From an uncultured Desulfobacteraceae bacterium (GTDB lineage: Bacteria; Desulfobacterota; DSM-4660; Desulfatiglandales; HGW-15), in contig CAZOLJ010000015.1 in assembly GCA_964580575.1 (NCBI GenBank), positions 1,329-65,328 of the forward strand: a stretch of 64,000 nt of DNA, given 5' to 3'. Shown here one piece after another: positions 60,178 through 64,000 of the stretch (position 1 is its first letter; every line of letters begins with the position of its first letter). Under the pieces are notes generated by a model. It had not been told where the DNA came from. It was given only the letters and a program-made list of their open reading frames with translations, and did no database searches. The position numbers were made by a program, and so were the translations under genes.

Positions 60178-61665
60178 TTACGATTCTTTGGCGCGGGTCA
60201 GCTTGGCGATTTTGCGGAAATGATGGCCGTAAATCGCGAAGGTCACCGAGAGCGGTAATAACCGGGGCCGGCGAAAAAAAGTCCACAACAGGATCTTCCA
60301 GTACTGGAATCGCTCTCTGCCGAGAATCCCCAGGCGGATGATGGAACGAAAGAATCCCACCAGAGCGTGAAAATTCATGGGGGTTGTGATCTTCGGCGCT
60401 TTGTACTCCCTGAGAAAGGTCATGGCCCGCTTATAATAGGGCTTGGGCGAATAAATATGCTGAAGGATACTTCGGTATCCTTCACGCAACGCAGCGTTGC
60501 CCATCTTGGAAAGGATGTTGGTTGAGCCGTCCACGTTGTCTCCGGACATAAGGCCGATCAGTCGGCCCTCCCGTCTCATGCGCTCATAGAGTTTGGTCCC
60601 CGGGGGAGCGTTCAACAGTCCGACCATGGCCGTCACGATTCCGCTTTTCTGGATGAACTCGATCTGCCGCTGAAAGATGGAGGGGGTGTCGTTGTCGAAT
60701 CCTACAATGAAGCCTCCCTGCACTTGAAGCCCGGCCCGCTGCATAAGCTTCACGCTCTCGATCAGGTCCCGGTTCTTGTTCTGCTGTTTGTTGCACTCCG
60801 CGAGACTCTCTTCACTGGGCGTTTCGATGCCGATGAAGACCGAGTCAAACCCGGCCTTGACCATCATCTCCATGAGAATTTGGTCATCGGCCAGATTGAC
60901 CGAGGCTTCTGTGTTGAAGGGGATCCCTCTCTTCCCTTGTTGCCACTGAATGAGAGCAGGAAGAAGGTGGGCCTTGAGATAGGCCTTGTTCCCTATAAAG
61001 TTGTCGTCCACAAAAAACACAGGGCCCCGCCAGCCCAGATTGTAAACCCCGTCCAGTTCCGTAATAATCTGTTCAGCCGTTTTGGTGCGCGACCGGTGCC
61101 CGAACAATGCGGTCACGTTGCAGAACTCACAGTTGAAAGGACACCCCCGCGAAAACTGGAGGCTCATGGAAGCGTAGTGTTTCAAATTCATCAACTCCCA
61201 CATGGGAGCAGACGTTTCTTGAATATCACAAAAATCCGATGTCTCGTAGAGGGGCTTAGCACAACCCTTTTGCATGTCTTCCAGAAAAGGCGGAAGGGTC
61301 AATTCAGCTTCATTGAGCACGAAGTGGTCCACCTCAGCGAACTGACCGTGTTCGCTGGTGAAGAGCGGTCCTCCTGCGATGATTTTGAGGCCCGCACGCT
61401 TGCAGCGGGCAATGACCTCGCGCGCCGATTCTCGTTGCACCACCATGGCGCTGATGAAGGCGCAATCCGCCCAGGCCAGATCTTCTTCAGTGAGCTTGGC
61501 CACATTCAGATCCACCAACTTCAAGGACCATTCCTTGGGCAGCATCGAGGCGATGGTCAATAAGCCCAGCGGAGGAAATGCCGCTTTCTTGTGAATGAAT
61601 TTCAGCGCGTGCTTGAAGCTCCAGAAGGTGTCGGGGTACTGCGGATAAATCAGAAGGGTTCGCAT
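60178..61665 (-). CDS. B12-binding domain radical SAM protein (DUF4070-like C-terminus)
   Basis: PPLGLLTIA, IAGGP, SRGCPFNCEFC, FFVDDNF and VFIGIET. Confidence 0.9.
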   Translation of the reverse strand: MRTLLIYPQYPDTFWSFKHALKFIHKKAAFPPLGLLTIASMLPKEWSLKLVDLNVAKLTEEDLAWADCAFISAMVVQRESAREVIARCKRAGLKIIAGGPLFTSEHGQFAEVDHFVLNEAELTLPPFLEDMQKGCAKPLYETSDFCDIQETSAPMWELMNLKHYASMSLQFSRGCPFNCEFCNVTALFGHRSRTKTAEQIITELDGVYNLGWRGPVFFVDDNFIGNKAYLKAHLLPALIQWQQGKRGIPFNTEASVNLADDQILMEMMVKAGFDSVFIGIETPSEESLAECNKQQNKNRDLIESVKLMQRAGLQVQGGFIVGFDNDTPSIFQRQIEFIQKSGIVTAMVGLLNAPPGTKLYERMRREGRLIGLMSGDNVDGSTNILSKMGNAALREGYRSILQHIYSPKPYYKRAMTFLREYKAPKITTPMNFHALVGFFRSIIRLGILGRERFQYWKILLWTFFRRPRLLPLSVTFAIYGHHFRKIAKLTRAKES

Positions 61666-61857
61666 GAATTTCTATTCCTCTATCGCTCTCCGGTCTTGCA
61701 GCCGGCCTTTACAGTTATGTTGAAGCGTTGAATGATACCTATTGAGCAGGGATTGTGTGACGAGTGTAGAAACTTTTCCTTTTACCGGGGACAAGAAGAG
61801 ACGGAGTTCTCGAAGAGAAAACCTATCACTGACGGAACACCAACCGGTCTGAATGTC

Positions 61858-61900
61858 AAAAGAGGGCACCCTATCTCGATGCGACAGGGTGCCCTTTTTC
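61858..61900 (-). terminator. Probable intrinsic terminator of the csp gene (bidirectional-looking)
   Basis: agggcaccct...agggtgccct stem with T/A runs on both sides, 16 bp past the csp stop. Confidence 0.65.
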
Positions 61901-61915
61901 AGTTTAGGTCAGCCG

Positions 61916-62116
61916 TTAAACCGGTGTGACGTTGGCTGCGGCCGGGCCTTTTTTCCCTTGCTCAATGTCAAAGGTGACTTGGTCGCCTTCTCTGAGCGAC
62001 TTAAAGCCGGTTCCCTTGATCGCTGAATGATGAACAAATACGTCAGGACCGCCTTCTTGAGCAATAAACCCAAAGCCCTTCTGGTCATTAAACCACTTTA
62101 CTGTTCCATTGGCCAT
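61916..62116 (-). CDS. cspA: Cold-shock protein (CspA family)
   Basis: [15 protein letters not shown] and DVFVHHSAI. Confidence 0.95.
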   Translation of the reverse strand: MANGTVKWFNDQKGFGFIAQEGGPDVFVHHSAIKGTGFKSLREGDQVTFDIEQGKKGPAAANVTPV

Positions 62117-62429
62117 AGTGACAACCTCCTTTCAAAAGATTCTAATAGTTTCTAACTTCAGGCTGCCACTCTTGACAAATGGATTTTCCCTCAGAAGGAA
62201 ACCGGCCCGCGTACAGCGCCAAGCCTTCTTAGTGATAAGGTAAATTTTAAGCTTCTTTTAATCAAAGTCAAGCTATTTAAAATTTACTTGTGGAAGATAC
62301 CTTTTGCCCGAAATCCGCAATTGCTTGATGTTTGGTGTTTGTTTGGGTAAAAGGGAAGCGGTGCTTTGCTTGATTTCCGCAAAGAAGAGAAAGCCTATCT
62401 CACAACCCTAAAGGCGAAAGGAGTGAGTC

Positions 62430-63569
62430 ATGGAATTCGGTTTGCCCCGTGTCAGTGAAATGATGGTCAAGTCGGCCAGGGATTTCTGCTCCCGCGAAGT
62501 GCCGCGCATCGATGCGTACATGATGGAGCACGACGATTATCCCCAGGATATGCTGCAAACCTTTGCCAAGGCCAGAATGCTGGGCCTTGTCGTTCCAAAG
62601 GAGGTTGGGGGTGTTGGAACCACCAACCTGAATTTCATTCTCCTGTGCGAAGAGCTGGGCCGCACAGGCTCCACGTCGTTTCTCCCCATGATGATGAACA
62701 ACAGTGTTGCAGAGACCATCCACTTCTTCGGATCTGAGGAGGTGAAGAAAAAATTCATCCCACCTCTTTGCGACGGGACCGCCTGGGCCACGACCGCGTT
62801 TACGGAGCCGGGAACCGGGTCCGATCCCCGGGCCCTCACGTCTACGGCTGAGGTCGACGGGGACGGCTTTGTGCTGAACGGCACCAAGCGCTTCATCAGC
62901 ATGGGCAACAAACCCGGATATGGGATCTACTATGTCAGGGACGCCACCCTCCAGGCTGAGAAGAAGGATGTGACTGCCTTTGTGGTGGACAAGAAATCCG
63001 AAGGGTACTCGTGTTCCGGACACTATAGGATGATGGGCCTTGAAGGATCGGACACGTGCGACGTGTTTCTGAAGAATGTCCGCGTGCCCAAGGCGAATAT
63101 CCTGGGGACTCCGGGCGACGGATTCAGAATTCTGCTCCGGTGGATCGCAGGGGAGAGGATTCAGCAGGGAGCTTGCATGGTCGGCACAGGGCAGGCGGCT
63201 TTGGATGAATCCATCAAATACTGCAAGGAAAGAGTGGTCGGAAAGACCCCCATCGGTTACATGCAAGGATTCACGTGGATGCTGGCGGAAATGAAGTCAA
63301 AGCTGGAGGCCTGCCGGTTGCTGGCTCTGAGGGCGGCCTGGAAGTGGGACGAAGGCCAACCGTTTGAGACGGATTCCTCGGAGTTGAAAGTCTTCACCAC
63401 ACCCACGATCCAGGAAATCACGAGAATGGCCGTTCAAATCCACGGGTCCTATGGTTACAGCAAAGAGTACAAGGTGGAAAGGCTGCATCGGCTGGCCATG
63501 CACCAGGGAGTGGTCGCCTCGAGCCTGGAGATCAACAAAACCATAGCGGGCATGGCTCTCTTGCGGTGA
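62430..63569 (+). CDS. Acyl-CoA dehydrogenase
   Basis: AFTEPGTGSD, LNGTKRFIS, MMGLEGSDTCDV and QIHGSYGYSKEYKVER. Confidence 0.92.
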   Translation: MEFGLPRVSEMMVKSARDFCSREVPRIDAYMMEHDDYPQDMLQTFAKARMLGLVVPKEVGGVGTTNLNFILLCEELGRTGSTSFLPMMMNNSVAETIHFFGSEEVKKKFIPPLCDGTAWATTAFTEPGTGSDPRALTSTAEVDGDGFVLNGTKRFISMGNKPGYGIYYVRDATLQAEKKDVTAFVVDKKSEGYSCSGHYRMMGLEGSDTCDVFLKNVRVPKANILGTPGDGFRILLRWIAGERIQQGACMVGTGQAALDESIKYCKERVVGKTPIGYMQGFTWMLAEMKSKLEACRLLALRAAWKWDEGQPFETDSSELKVFTTPTIQEITRMAVQIHGSYGYSKEYKVERLHRLAMHQGVVASSLEINKTIAGMALLR

Positions 63570-63692
63570 ACAAAGAAAGGGACAAAGGAAGACAGGGACA
63601 AAGATACAAAGGGTAAAGGAAAAAGGAAAAGACAGAAGACCTTTATCCTTTTACCTTTTTCCTTCATTTGCTTTGTGCCTTTGTCCCTTAGC
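63570..63692. repeat. Purine/pyrimidine periodic inverted repeat (GGGACAAA-like units)
   Basis: gggacaaa...gggacaaa...tttgtgcctttgtccct; same unit family as 25627 and 51003. Confidence 0.6.
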
Positions 63693-63729
63693 TTAAGCTG
63701 ATAGCGGTTGACTTCATAAAGAGATGGCT

Positions 63730-64000
63730 ATGAATACCATTGTCTGTATCAAGCAAGTTCCCAATGTGAAAGAGGTGAAGTGGGATCCCGTCACAGGATC
63801 CCTGATCCGCAAAGGCATTCCCAGCATCATCAACCCCAATGACCGCAATGCGATAGAAACGGCGCTCCAGATGAAGGAACAGCACGGCGGCGAAGTGACC
63901 GTCCTTTCCATGGGGCCTTCCCAGGTGGAAGAGGCTCTGCGCGAAGCCCTGGCCATGGGCGCGGACAAGGCCGTTCAGCTCACAGGCAAGGATTTTGCCG
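63730..64000 (+). CDS. etfB: Electron transfer flavoprotein beta subunit (runs off window end)
   Basis: Manual translation: MNTIVCIKQVP...INPNDRNAIETAL...VTVLSMGP...ALREALAMGADKAV. Confidence 0.93.
   Translation, partial: MNTIVCIKQVPNVKEVKWDPVTGSLIRKGIPSIINPNDRNAIETALQMKEQHGGEVTVLSMGPSQVEEALREALAMGADKAVQLTGKDFA

Overview
64-kb stretch of a bacterial chromosome. Gene content and the intergenic repeat families point to a deltaproteobacterium (Desulfobacterota-like), probably an environmental assembly; this taxonomy is inference. It encodes mostly amino-acid, peptide and acyl-CoA uptake and catabolism: (i) an RpiR-controlled peptide ABC / M20 amidohydrolase / OSBS-NSAR cluster; (ii) an Lrp / saccharopine-dehydrogenase-like / RocD / polar amino acid ABC / opine-dehydrogenase cluster; (iii) Liv-type ABC plus a CoA ligase; (iv) acyl-CoA dehydrogenase plus ETF. 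It also carries two tandem PAS-GAF histidine kinases, a family-B DNA polymerase, a cysteine desulfurase, RmuC, a solitary MreB, a caspase-domain lipoprotein and a cluster of toxin-antitoxin modules. I found no rRNA, tRNA, CRISPR array, integrase or transposase. Best leads: (1) a metallophosphoesterase coupled to a ParB/Srx-DUF4032-like-Lrp(RAM) fusion lacking any HTH; (2) 72-bp imperfect direct repeats of the caspase 3' end, with mostly synonymous differences, flanking a HigBA module; (3) a conserved five-Cys insert inside the ATPase domain of both kinases; (4) twin 16-bp operators with identical 29-bp spacing that define an RpiR regulon; (5) many gene-fusion or truncation junctions, which are either real deletions or assembly artefacts; (6) several families of nested palindromic intergenic elements. 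All family assignments come from motif recognition by eye; no searches were run.
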